Below, in pieces: positions 1-8,318 of a DNA stretch of 64,000 bases. How positions within the stretch are numbered: position 1 is the first letter of the stretch; each line of letters begins with the position of its first letter. A model generated the notes under the pieces. It did not search any database, was not told the DNA's origin, and saw nothing but the letters and a program-made list of their open reading frames with translations. Source of the DNA: Candidatus Brocadiia bacterium (GTDB lineage Bacteria > Planctomycetota > Brocadiia > CAIUPP01). Location: the NCBI GenBank assembly GCA_050015075.1, contig JBEKCB010000013.1:50688-114687 (forward strand), written 5' to 3'. A program made the position numbers and the translations under genes.

Positions 1-67
1 GGCGTCGGCGAGGTGTTCATGCTCGATCGGTCCACGCCATCCGTTGCACGTCAAGGGAGCCATTAAA

Positions 68-1429
68 ATGTATGGCCCGGTTTTCCGCAATTTGATCTGG
101 CCGGTCTGGGAGCGGCTGCACGGCCGGAAGACGCCCGGCTACCTGTCGGAACTCGAACGGACGCAGTGGCTTCCGATGCGCGAGGTTCTGGCGCGGCAGT
201 CCGAGCGGCGCCGGCGCATCGTGGAGTATGCACACCGCGAAGTGCCGTTCTACCGTCAGCGGTTCGACGCGCTCGGGATTGATCCGGCGCGCTGCCTGGA
301 GCCGGAGACCTGGCGGCGCATCCCGCTCCTGACGAAGTCGGACCTGCGCGAGCACTTGGAAGAGATGATCGCCGACCGCTTTCGCGGCAAGCCGCTCATC
401 GTCTCGCACTCCGGCGGCTCGACCGGCACACCCGTCGAGTTCCGTTTCGACCGCGATTACTACGACCGCCGCATCGCCGGTTGGTATCGCGCCGACCGAT
501 GGGCCGGATGGGACCTCGGCGAGCGGCACATCCTGTTCTGGCTCGGCGTCGGCACCGGCGTCGGCGAGCGCCGGAAGACCGAAGCCTGGAAGGAGCACCT
601 GCACTGGCGTCTCCTCCGGTGGAAGACGCTCACCGTCACGCGCCTGAGCCCGGAGCGCATTCACCTATATCACCGGGAGCTGCTCAAGTATCGGCCGCGC
701 TCGATCTACGGCATCGGCAACGCCATGTACACCGTCGCGGCGCTCCTGGAAGAGGCCGGTCTGGAGCCTCCGCCGGTCCGGGGCATCATCGTCTCAGGCG
801 AGAAGATCTTCGCGCACCAGAAGGAGCGCATCGCGAAGGTGTTCCGGTCGCCCGTCTTCGAGCGGTACGGCTGCCAGGAATTCACGAACATCGGCGAGGA
901 ATGCGACCGGCACGACGGCATGCACATCAACGCGGACAGCCTCTACGTCGAGATCACCGACGACCAGGGCGCGCCGGTGCCGCCCGGCGAGGTCGGCCAG
1001 GTCGTGGTCACCAGTTTCGACTCGACAGCCATGCCGTTCATCCGCTACAAGATGGGCGACCTGGCCAGCCTGATCGAAAAACCGTGCGCGTGCGGACGCG
1101 GCCTGCCGCGCATCGGCGAGGTCCTCGGGCGCGAGATGGACATGATCCACACGCCCGAGGGGAACATCTGCGCGGGGATCATGATGCCGCATTTCATGAA
1201 GGAATTCGCGCACATCCGCGGCTTCCAGTTCGTACAGGAGGAACTCGGGCGGCTGCGCGTGCGGCTGGTCCTGGAAAAGGGATTCGATAAGGCGATCCTC
1301 GGCTTCATGGAGGAGCAACTGCGCCGATATCTCGGGCCGACGATGAAAATCGAGTTCGAGTTCGTGGACGAGCTGGAAACGCTGATGTCCGGGAAGTACA
1401 AGATGGTGGTCTCCAAGCTGAAGAAATAG
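68..1429 (+). CDS. Phenylacetate-CoA ligase family (CapK-like) adenylate-forming protein of the EPS cluster
   Basis: SGGSTG P-loop-like motif, YGCQE, PFIRYKMGD; AGGGAG SD before ATG at 68. Confidence 0.85.
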   Translation: MYGPVFRNLIWPVWERLHGRKTPGYLSELERTQWLPMREVLARQSERRRRIVEYAHREVPFYRQRFDALGIDPARCLEPETWRRIPLLTKSDLREHLEEMIADRFRGKPLIVSHSGGSTGTPVEFRFDRDYYDRRIAGWYRADRWAGWDLGERHILFWLGVGTGVGERRKTEAWKEHLHWRLLRWKTLTVTRLSPERIHLYHRELLKYRPRSIYGIGNAMYTVAALLEEAGLEPPPVRGIIVSGEKIFAHQKERIAKVFRSPVFERYGCQEFTNIGEECDRHDGMHINADSLYVEITDDQGAPVPPGEVGQVVVTSFDSTAMPFIRYKMGDLASLIEKPCACGRGLPRIGEVLGREMDMIHTPEGNICAGIMMPHFMKEFAHIRGFQFVQEELGRLRVRLVLEKGFDKAILGFMEEQLRRYLGPTMKIEFEFVDELETLMSGKYKMVVSKLKK

Positions 1430-1440
1430 GAGCGCGGGCG

Positions 1441-2556
1441 GTGAAGTTCGTCGTGGCACAAGTCATCAGTTCGTTCCAGGTCGGCGGCGCGGAGGCGCTG
1501 GCGCTCGAGCTGGCCTCGCGCGCGAGCCGCGACCGCTTCGAGCCGATCGCGATCGCGCTGAGGCACACCGGCGACATGGAGCCGCGCTTCCGGCAGGCCG
1601 GGATCGAGACGCTCATGCTCGGTTGCGCGGAAGGGCGCGGACTGGACCTCGGCGGCGTGGTGCGCCTGGCCGGGGCGCTTAGGCGGCGGCGCGTGAGGGT
1701 GCTGCACTGTCACAATTCCATGGCGACGGTCTACGGCGTGCCCGCCGCGCGGCTGGCCGGCGTGCCGGTGATTGTCTGCACGCGCCACGCCGCGCCGACG
1801 ATCTATAGCGACCGCGGGCGGCCGAGGCTGCTCGAACGGATGGCCATCCCGTTCGTGGACCATTTCGCGGCGGTGTCGAACGAGGTCCGCGAGACCGCCG
1901 CGCGGCTCGGAAGGCTTCCTGAGAAGCGCTCCAGCGTAATCTACAACGGCGCGGACATGCAGCGGTTCCGCCCGGCCGACCCGCCGAGGCGCGCGGAAAA
2001 GACCGCGCTGATCTGCGTCGCACGGCTCTCGCCGGAGAAGCGGCACGACGTGCTGCTCGCGGCGGTCCGGCGGCTGCTGGATTCCGGGCTCGCGCTCGAG
2101 TTGTCCATCGTCGGCGACGGGGCGACGCGCCCGGCGCTGGAGAAGCAGATCGCCGACCTGCGCCTGGAGGGCGCCGTCCGCCTGCTCGGCATGCGCGGCG
2201 ACGTCGCCGAACTCCTGCGCGAGGCCGACCTCTTCACGATGCCGTCCTCCACGGAGGGAATGCCGATCACCGTCATCGAGGCCATGGCCTGCGCACTGCC
2301 GATCGTGGCGACGGCGGTCGGCGGGTTCCTCGAGCTGGTCAAGGAGGGCGAGAACGGCTTCCTGGTCCCGGTCGGCGACGCGGCGGCGCTCGCGCAGGCC
2401 CTAGGCCGGTTGATCAAAGACCGCGACCTGCTCCACCGCGTCGGCGCGGTGAACCGGCGCGTCGCCGAGGAGAAGTTCGACATCGCCGACACGGTGCGCA
2501 ACTACGAGGCGCTCTTCCTTCGGCTGCTGGAGGCGAAGATCGGAGGCCGCCGCTGA
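1441..2556 (+). CDS. Glycosyltransferase family 4
   Basis: GGAE N-terminal motif, VARLSPEK, EGMPITVIEAMA (E-x7-E). Confidence 0.9.
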   Translation: MKFVVAQVISSFQVGGAEALALELASRASRDRFEPIAIALRHTGDMEPRFRQAGIETLMLGCAEGRGLDLGGVVRLAGALRRRRVRVLHCHNSMATVYGVPAARLAGVPVIVCTRHAAPTIYSDRGRPRLLERMAIPFVDHFAAVSNEVRETAARLGRLPEKRSSVIYNGADMQRFRPADPPRRAEKTALICVARLSPEKRHDVLLAAVRRLLDSGLALELSIVGDGATRPALEKQIADLRLEGAVRLLGMRGDVAELLREADLFTMPSSTEGMPITVIEAMACALPIVATAVGGFLELVKEGENGFLVPVGDAAALAQALGRLIKDRDLLHRVGAVNRRVAEEKFDIADTVRNYEALFLRLLEAKIGGRR

Positions 2557-3788
2557 CGAAAGAGATCCCGAATTCGCCGCTGCGCTGCCTGGTGCTGGCG
2601 GACACGTTCCCCAGCGCGCTGGAGCCGTGGCGCGGCCCGTACAACCGCCGGCAGATCGAGTGCCTCGCGCGGCTCTGCCGCGTGACGGCGATGGACCCGA
2701 TGCCCTGGCCGCGCCTGCTGCGGGACCGGCGCGCGTGGGCGCTTGCGGCGCGGCCTGACGGCGTGCTCGACGGGATGACGATCCATCATCCGGTCTTCTG
2801 GTACCTGCCGGTGCTCGGCCGCGGGCGGACGTGGCGCGGTGTGGCTTCCGCAGTCGAACGCGCTCTGAAGCGCGAGCCGGACGCGCGCTGGGACGTGATC
2901 CTGGCGACGTTCGCCTATCCGCACGGCCTGGCCGCCAAACGGCTGGCGGAGCGGATGGGCGTGCCGTACCTGATCAAGGCGCGCGGGAGCGACCTGCACT
3001 CGCTGCCGGCCTCCGGCGCGCGCCGCGAGCTGACCGGCGAGGCGATCCGCGGCGCGGCGGGCGTCGTCGCCGTCAGCCGGACCCTGGCCGAGATCGCGCT
3101 GCAGCTCGGCGCGAAGCCGGACGGCGTGCGCGTGCTCACGAACGGCATTGACGCGGCGGCGTTCCAGGTGCTGGACCGCGCGGGCGCGCGGCGAGAACTC
3201 GGCCTGCCGGAAATCGGCAAGCTGGTCCTTTTCGTCGGGAGCCTTCTGCCGGTGAAAGGGATTGACGTGCTGATGGAGGCGTTCCTGGCGATGCGCGCGC
3301 GGAACCCGGCGCTTTTCGCGCAGACGCAGTTGCTGATCGCCGGCGAAGGGCCGAAGCGAAGCTGGATCGTCCGGCGCATGGCCGACGAGGGATTGAGCGG
3401 CTCGGTGAAGCTGCTCGGCCACGTCGGGCGGGAAAGGATCGCCCGGCTGATGAGCGCGGCGGACGTCCTGGCGCTGCCGAGCCGGAACGAGGGCTGCCCG
3501 AACGTCGTGCTTGAGGCCCTCGCCTGCGGCACGCCGGTCGTCGCGGCGCGGGTCGGCGCGGTCCCGGACCTGCTGGACGAAAGCAGCGGGATCATCGTGC
3601 CGCCGGAGGATCGCGCGCAGTTCGCCGCGGCGCTGGAGCGGGCGCTCGCGAGGCCCTGGGACCGCGCGGCGCTGCGGCGGCGCGTGGAAGGAATGTCCTG
3701 GGAAGCGAACGCGCGGGCGCTGTATGAAATGCTGGCGCTGGTGGTTGGGAGAGTGGGAGATTTGGAAACTGGGAAATTGGGAGATTAG
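2553..3788 (+). CDS. Glycosyltransferase family 4 (TuaC-like); probable CTG start coupled to the upstream stop
   Basis: FVGSLLPVKG, EGCPNVVLEALA; ORF track starts at 2592 but the frame is open back to CTG 2553, with GGAGG at 2542-2546. Confidence 0.85.
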   Translation: MTKEIPNSPLRCLVLADTFPSALEPWRGPYNRRQIECLARLCRVTAMDPMPWPRLLRDRRAWALAARPDGVLDGMTIHHPVFWYLPVLGRGRTWRGVASAVERALKREPDARWDVILATFAYPHGLAAKRLAERMGVPYLIKARGSDLHSLPASGARRELTGEAIRGAAGVVAVSRTLAEIALQLGAKPDGVRVLTNGIDAAAFQVLDRAGARRELGLPEIGKLVLFVGSLLPVKGIDVLMEAFLAMRARNPALFAQTQLLIAGEGPKRSWIVRRMADEGLSGSVKLLGHVGRERIARLMSAADVLALPSRNEGCPNVVLEALACGTPVVAARVGAVPDLLDESSGIIVPPEDRAQFAAALERALARPWDRAALRRRVEGMSWEANARALYEMLALVVGRVGDLETGKLGD

Positions 3789-3864
3789 GAGATTGGGAGA
3801 TTGGGTCACGGATAACCGCGTCACCCAATTTCCTGATTTCCCAATCTCCTAATCTCCCAGTTCC
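3745..3864. repeat. Palindromic element with octamer (GGAGATTG/CAATCTCC) tandem arms
   Basis: GGAGATTG-like repeats, a central spacer, then CCAATCTCC-like repeats; related copy at 34446-34524. Confidence 0.85.
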
Positions 3865-3875
3865 GAGGAAAGCGC

Positions 3876-4514
3876 ATGAAGTTTCTGACGGACCAGTTCC
3901 AGGAAGTGCAAATCGAGAACGGCGGCCGCCGGCCGTGGCTCTTTCCCGACCTGCGCGCCGACATGCGCGCGAAGGCCGTCTGGTATTACGGGGCGCAGCG
4001 GCAGGGCCGGCTCGACGGCCTGCGAATGCTGATGAGCGACGGGAGCCTCTGCACCGTGCTGTACCGGCTGATGCGCGCGCTGCGGCGGATGCATCTCGGC
4101 CCTCTGGCCGCGGCGGTGTACAAGCTGAATGCGTTCCTGACGCGGGCGGTCATCGGGCGCGGCGCGGAGTTCGGGCCGGGGCTGATCATCCTGCACAGCG
4201 TCGGCGTCATCGTCAACACGGCGGTGCGCGGCGGCGAAAACGTGATCCTGGAGGGCGGCGTGACGCTCGGCGCTGAGAAGAAGCAGTCGCCGACGCTGGG
4301 CGACAACGTCTTTATCGGAGGCGGCGCCAAAGTGATCGGAGGCGTTCGTCTCGGAAACGGCGCGCGCATCGGCGCGAACGCGGTGGTCGTGGAAGACGTG
4401 CCCGAAGGCGCGACGGCGGTCGGCATCCCGGCGCGCGTGGTCCGTGTTCGCGGCGGCGAACATTCTGATTCACCACCAAGACACCAAGGCACCAAGGACG
4501 GAGAGTCAGGCTAA
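3876..4514 (+). CDS. Serine O-acetyltransferase-like hexapeptide-repeat acetyltransferase (EPS modification)
   Basis: Left-handed beta-helix repeats, PTLGDNVFIGGGAKVIG, VGIPAR. Confidence 0.85.
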   Translation: MKFLTDQFQEVQIENGGRRPWLFPDLRADMRAKAVWYYGAQRQGRLDGLRMLMSDGSLCTVLYRLMRALRRMHLGPLAAAVYKLNAFLTRAVIGRGAEFGPGLIILHSVGVIVNTAVRGGENVILEGGVTLGAEKKQSPTLGDNVFIGGGAKVIGGVRLGNGARIGANAVVVEDVPEGATAVGIPARVVRVRGGEHSDSPPRHQGTKDGESG

Positions 4515-4558
4515 CTTCAAAGGATTCGTTCTTGGTGTCTTGGTGCCTTGGTGGTTAA
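4469..4558. repeat. ACCAC-terminated palindromic element (ACACCAAG octamer arms)
   Basis: TTCACCACCAAGACACCAAGGCACCAAG ... CTTGGTGTCTTGGTGCCTTGGTGGTTAA. Confidence 0.9.
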
Positions 4559-4573
4559 ACTGGGCGCGGCAGC

Positions 4574-5830
4574 ATGCACGTATTGTATCACCATCGGACG
4601 GCCGGCGACCGCGTGGAGGCGGTGCACATCCTCGGGATCGTGCGCGCGCTGCGCGCGATGGGACACACCGTCGAGATTTCCAGCCCGCCCGGCTGCAACC
4701 CGGAACGCAAGGCGGCGGAGCCGCAACGCGCGGAAGGCCACGCGCCGCAGGAAGGGGCGCTGCGCGGCCGGCTGAAGCGGTTCGCGCGGAAGGCGCCGCC
4801 GTGGGTTTTCGAGGCCGCCGAACTAGGGTACAATGCGTATTCGCTCTTCGACATGCTGCGGCGCCGTTTTGCCACGGGCCGGCCGGAGATGATCCTCGAG
4901 CGGGCCACGTCGAACAGCTTCGCGCCGACGTGGCTGGCCGGGCGGTGGAACGTCCCGATCGTTCAGGAAGTGAACGTGACGACGCGCATCGGCCGGCTGC
5001 GGCCGCTGGTGCTGCGCGGCACGACGCAGCGCATCGAGCGCTGGGTCTACGGGCGCGCGGCGGTGATCGTGACCGTCTCCCGCGCGTTCGAGCGCATGCT
5101 GGCCGAGGACGGCTGGCCGGCGGAGAAGATGCTGGTCTGCCAGAACGCGATTGACCCGGCGGAGTTCGCCCCGGAATCGGTGAAGCCCGCCGCGCGCCCG
5201 GCCGGAATGAAGGAGGCTTTCATCGCCGGCTACGTCGGCGCGTTCGTGCCGTGGCACCGCGTGGACTTGATGGTCGAGTCGGCGCGCGAGCTGGCGCCGC
5301 GATATCCGCGCCTGCGCTGGCTGCTGGTCGGCGACGGCGTCGAGCGGCCGCGGATCGAGAAGATGCTGGCCGACTTCGGGCTGGCGGAAAAATTCTGGCT
5401 GCCCGGCGCGGTGAAGCACTCACTGATCCCATCGTATCTGATGGCGATGGACGCGGCGGTGATGCCGCATTCGAACCTGTTCGGTTCGCCGATGAAGCTC
5501 TTCGAGTACATGGCGATGGGCCGCGCGGTCGTGATGCCGGACGTGCCGCCGATCGCCGAGGTCGTGGAAGACGGCGTGAACGGGATGCTCTTCCGCGCGG
5601 AGGACGCCGCGGCGCTCAGCGGCGCGCTGGCGAAACTCGTCGAGGACGAGGCGTTCCGGCGCCGGCTCGGAGCGCGGGCGCGGCAGGACGCGCTCGAACG
5701 GCACACCTGGGCGGCGAACGCCCGGCGGCTGCTGGCGGCAGTCGCGGAACATAAAGGATTAACCACCAAGGCGCCAAGGCACAAAGAAACAACAGCTTCC
5801 ACCACGGAAAACACGGAGCACACGGAATGA
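4574..5830 (+). CDS. Glycosyltransferase family 4
   Basis: YVGAFVPWH, SPMKLFEYMAMG; C-terminal ~24 codons lie in the downstream repeat element. Confidence 0.9.
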   Translation: MHVLYHHRTAGDRVEAVHILGIVRALRAMGHTVEISSPPGCNPERKAAEPQRAEGHAPQEGALRGRLKRFARKAPPWVFEAAELGYNAYSLFDMLRRRFATGRPEMILERATSNSFAPTWLAGRWNVPIVQEVNVTTRIGRLRPLVLRGTTQRIERWVYGRAAVIVTVSRAFERMLAEDGWPAEKMLVCQNAIDPAEFAPESVKPAARPAGMKEAFIAGYVGAFVPWHRVDLMVESARELAPRYPRLRWLLVGDGVERPRIEKMLADFGLAEKFWLPGAVKHSLIPSYLMAMDAAVMPHSNLFGSPMKLFEYMAMGRAVVMPDVPPIAEVVEDGVNGMLFRAEDAAALSGALAKLVEDEAFRRRLGARARQDALERHTWAANARRLLAAVAEHKGLTTKAPRHKETTASTTENTEHTE

Positions 5831-5910
5831 ATTGCCTAAACACCTTCAGTGTCTTCCGTGTGTTCGGTGGTTGCAATATCAGCTGACGTTCTTGGCGCCT
5901 TGGTGGTGAG
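5759..5910. repeat. Nested ACCAC element, monomer of the family amplified at 18643-19335
   Basis: Outer ACCACCAAG/CTTGGTGGT arms enclosing an inner CCACGGAA...TTCGGTGG hairpin; similar to 58505-58656 in the opposite orientation. Confidence 0.9.
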
Positions 5911-5943
5911 AATGGGGTTTTCGGGAAACGGAGAGACTGAAGC

Positions 5944-8091
5944 ATGAAAGCGCTGATCACCGGAGCGAGCGGGTTCCTGGGCGGCTACGTCGCGGAGGCG
6001 CTCGTCAAAGCCGGGCACACCGTGCGCGTCCTGGTCCGGAACACCAGCCGGACCGACCGCCTGGAGAAGCTCGGCGTGGAAATTCTCCGCGGCGACCTGA
6101 AGGACGCCGAGTCGCTTCAGCACGCGGTCGCCGGCATCGAGACGGTGATCAACACGGCGGCCAGCGTGGACGCGCCCGCGCAGGAATTCGAGGCGGCGAC
6201 GATCCAGGGCACGCGCGCGCTGCTCCAGGCCGCCGAGGCCGCCGGCGTCGGCCGCTTCGTCCACATCAGCTCGGTCGGCATCTACGCGATCCGGCCGCGC
6301 CGCGGGACCACGCAGATCAGCGAGGATTGGCCGCTCGAGGAGGACCCGCGGTTCCTGAGCGTCTACGTCAGGTCCAAGCTCGAGTCGGAACGCGCCGCCG
6401 TCGAGTTCGGCGGGCACGGCAAGATGCAGGTGATCGTCCTCCGCTCGGGAATCCTCTACGGCCCCGGCGGCAAGTGGACGCTGCCGCGGATGGGCTATCC
6501 GCTCGGCCGGAACCGGTACGTCGTCATCGGCCGCGGGAGCAACCCGCTGCCGGTCTGCTACGTGGAAAACTGCGCGAAGGCGGCGGTGCTCGCGGCAGAG
6601 AAGCCGGACCTTTCCGAAGGGATTTTCAATATCGTGGACGACGAGCCGTTCACGACGATCGAGTTCCTGCGCCGCCTCCGGAAGGAGGCGCGGCCCCGGC
6701 TGAAGATCGTGCGCTTCCCGTACGCGCTCGCGTACGGCATGGCGACGATCGGCGAGGCGCTGGGCAAGCGGCTCAAGCTGCCCTGCCCGATCCGCACGAC
6801 GTACCTGACGATCTGCCGCTGGCGCGTGAGGTATTCGAACGAGCGCGCGAAGAAGCTGCTGGGCTGGCGGCCGGAGATCGCGAAGGAGGAGGCGCTCGCG
6901 CGGACGATGCGGTTCCTCGCGCAGGGCGAGCGCGTCAGCCGGCGCGCGGACCTGGCGCTGCTGCGGAGTTCGCCTGCGAACGTGGAGAAGCCCCTCACCG
7001 CCTGCGTGATCGGCTGCGGCGCGATCGCCGAGGTGCACCTGGGAATCCTCAACCGGCTGGACTGCGTGAAGGTGCGCGGCGTGTGCGACTCCAATCCCGA
7101 TGTCGCGCGCAGGACGGCGGAGAAATTCATGCTCCTGCGCTCCTACACGGACCCGGAGGAGATGCTGATCAAGGAGAAGCCGCAGGTCGTGCACATCGTC
7201 ACGCCGCCGCAGTCCCACGCGGCGCTGACGGAGCTGGCCACGAAGCACGGCTGCCACGTGCTCGTCGAGAAGCCGATGGCCGTGAACGCCGCCGAGGCGC
7301 GGCTCATGGCCGCCGCCGCCAAAGAGCGCGGCGTGACGCTCTGCGTGGACCACAACCTGCTCTACGAGCCGGTGATGGTCCAGGCGCGGCGGTTCATCGA
7401 GCAGAAGGAGTTCGGGGACATTCTCTGGGTGGAGAGCTATTACGGCTTCGACCTGGGCTCGTCCCCGGCGAACCGCTACCTGCTTCCCGGCGGCGAGAAG
7501 CACTGGACGTTTCAGCTTCCCGGCGGGATGTATCAAAACCTGGCGCCGCATCCGCTTTCGCTGGCGCTGGACGTGCTCGGGCCGCCGGATCAGGTGCAGG
7601 CGCACGCCCGCTACGGACGCGTGCTGCCGCATGCGGCGACCGACGAGCTGCGCATCCTGCTCGAGACGCCGCGCGCCGGCGGCATCGCCACCGTCTCGAT
7701 CGCCGCCAGCCCGCGCTTCATGTACCTGAACATCTTCGGCACGAAGATGGCGCTTTTCGCGGACCTGCTGAACAAGTGGATCATTCCGCAGCGCGCCGCG
7801 CGCGGCATCCCCAGGCCGATCTCGCGGGCGATGATGAACCTCCAACACGGCCGCGCCGTCCTCGGCGGCACCTTCGGCGGCGCGATCCGCATTCTCCAGA
7901 GAAGCTGGTCCGAGTACGAGGGAATGGACCTGCTCATCCGTGAGTTCTACGCCTCGCTCCAGGAAAAGCGCCCGCCGCCGGTCACCGCGGAAGAGGGCCT
8001 GCGCGTGATGGAGGTCATGGACGACGTCTGGGCGCGGATCGGCGCCGGCGCGGTCGGCCCGGCCTCGGCGGAACACCCTCCGGTGCGCTGA
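5944..8091 (+). CDS. Fusion: NAD-dependent epimerase/dehydratase (N-term) plus Gfo/Idh/MocA oxidoreductase (C-term)
   Basis: TGASGFLG and YVRSK in the N-half; VIGCGAIA and EKPMA in the C-half. Confidence 0.85.
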   Translation: MKALITGASGFLGGYVAEALVKAGHTVRVLVRNTSRTDRLEKLGVEILRGDLKDAESLQHAVAGIETVINTAASVDAPAQEFEAATIQGTRALLQAAEAAGVGRFVHISSVGIYAIRPRRGTTQISEDWPLEEDPRFLSVYVRSKLESERAAVEFGGHGKMQVIVLRSGILYGPGGKWTLPRMGYPLGRNRYVVIGRGSNPLPVCYVENCAKAAVLAAEKPDLSEGIFNIVDDEPFTTIEFLRRLRKEARPRLKIVRFPYALAYGMATIGEALGKRLKLPCPIRTTYLTICRWRVRYSNERAKKLLGWRPEIAKEEALARTMRFLAQGERVSRRADLALLRSSPANVEKPLTACVIGCGAIAEVHLGILNRLDCVKVRGVCDSNPDVARRTAEKFMLLRSYTDPEEMLIKEKPQVVHIVTPPQSHAALTELATKHGCHVLVEKPMAVNAAEARLMAAAAKERGVTLCVDHNLLYEPVMVQARRFIEQKEFGDILWVESYYGFDLGSSPANRYLLPGGEKHWTFQLPGGMYQNLAPHPLSLALDVLGPPDQVQAHARYGRVLPHAATDELRILLETPRAGGIATVSIAASPRFMYLNIFGTKMALFADLLNKWIIPQRAARGIPRPISRAMMNLQHGRAVLGGTFGGAIRILQRSWSEYEGMDLLIREFYASLQEKRPPPVTAEEGLRVMEVMDDVWARIGAGAVGPASAEHPPVR

Positions 8092-8160
8092 CCCGCGTAA
8101 AACCGTGTTGAAATCGCGCTACAGCCGGGGGTATCTCGAAAAATCAACATGTAGAATTTC

Positions 8161-8189
8161 TTGACACGACGCGGAAGGCGGGGTATACT
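8161..8189 (+). promoter_or_regulatory. Sigma70-type promoter for the histidine kinase/response regulator pair
   Basis: TTGACA-N17-TATACT. Confidence 0.7.
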
Positions 8190-8318
8190 TGGTTAAATCG
8201 CATCGGTTGCGCCGCTGCAACACGATGCCGGGGGCCAGGCTGCCAGGCGGAATGGGACGATCTGCCATGGCGCTGAGACTTACAAATACCGATTTCCAGC
8301 GCGGAGAGACTTGCTCTG

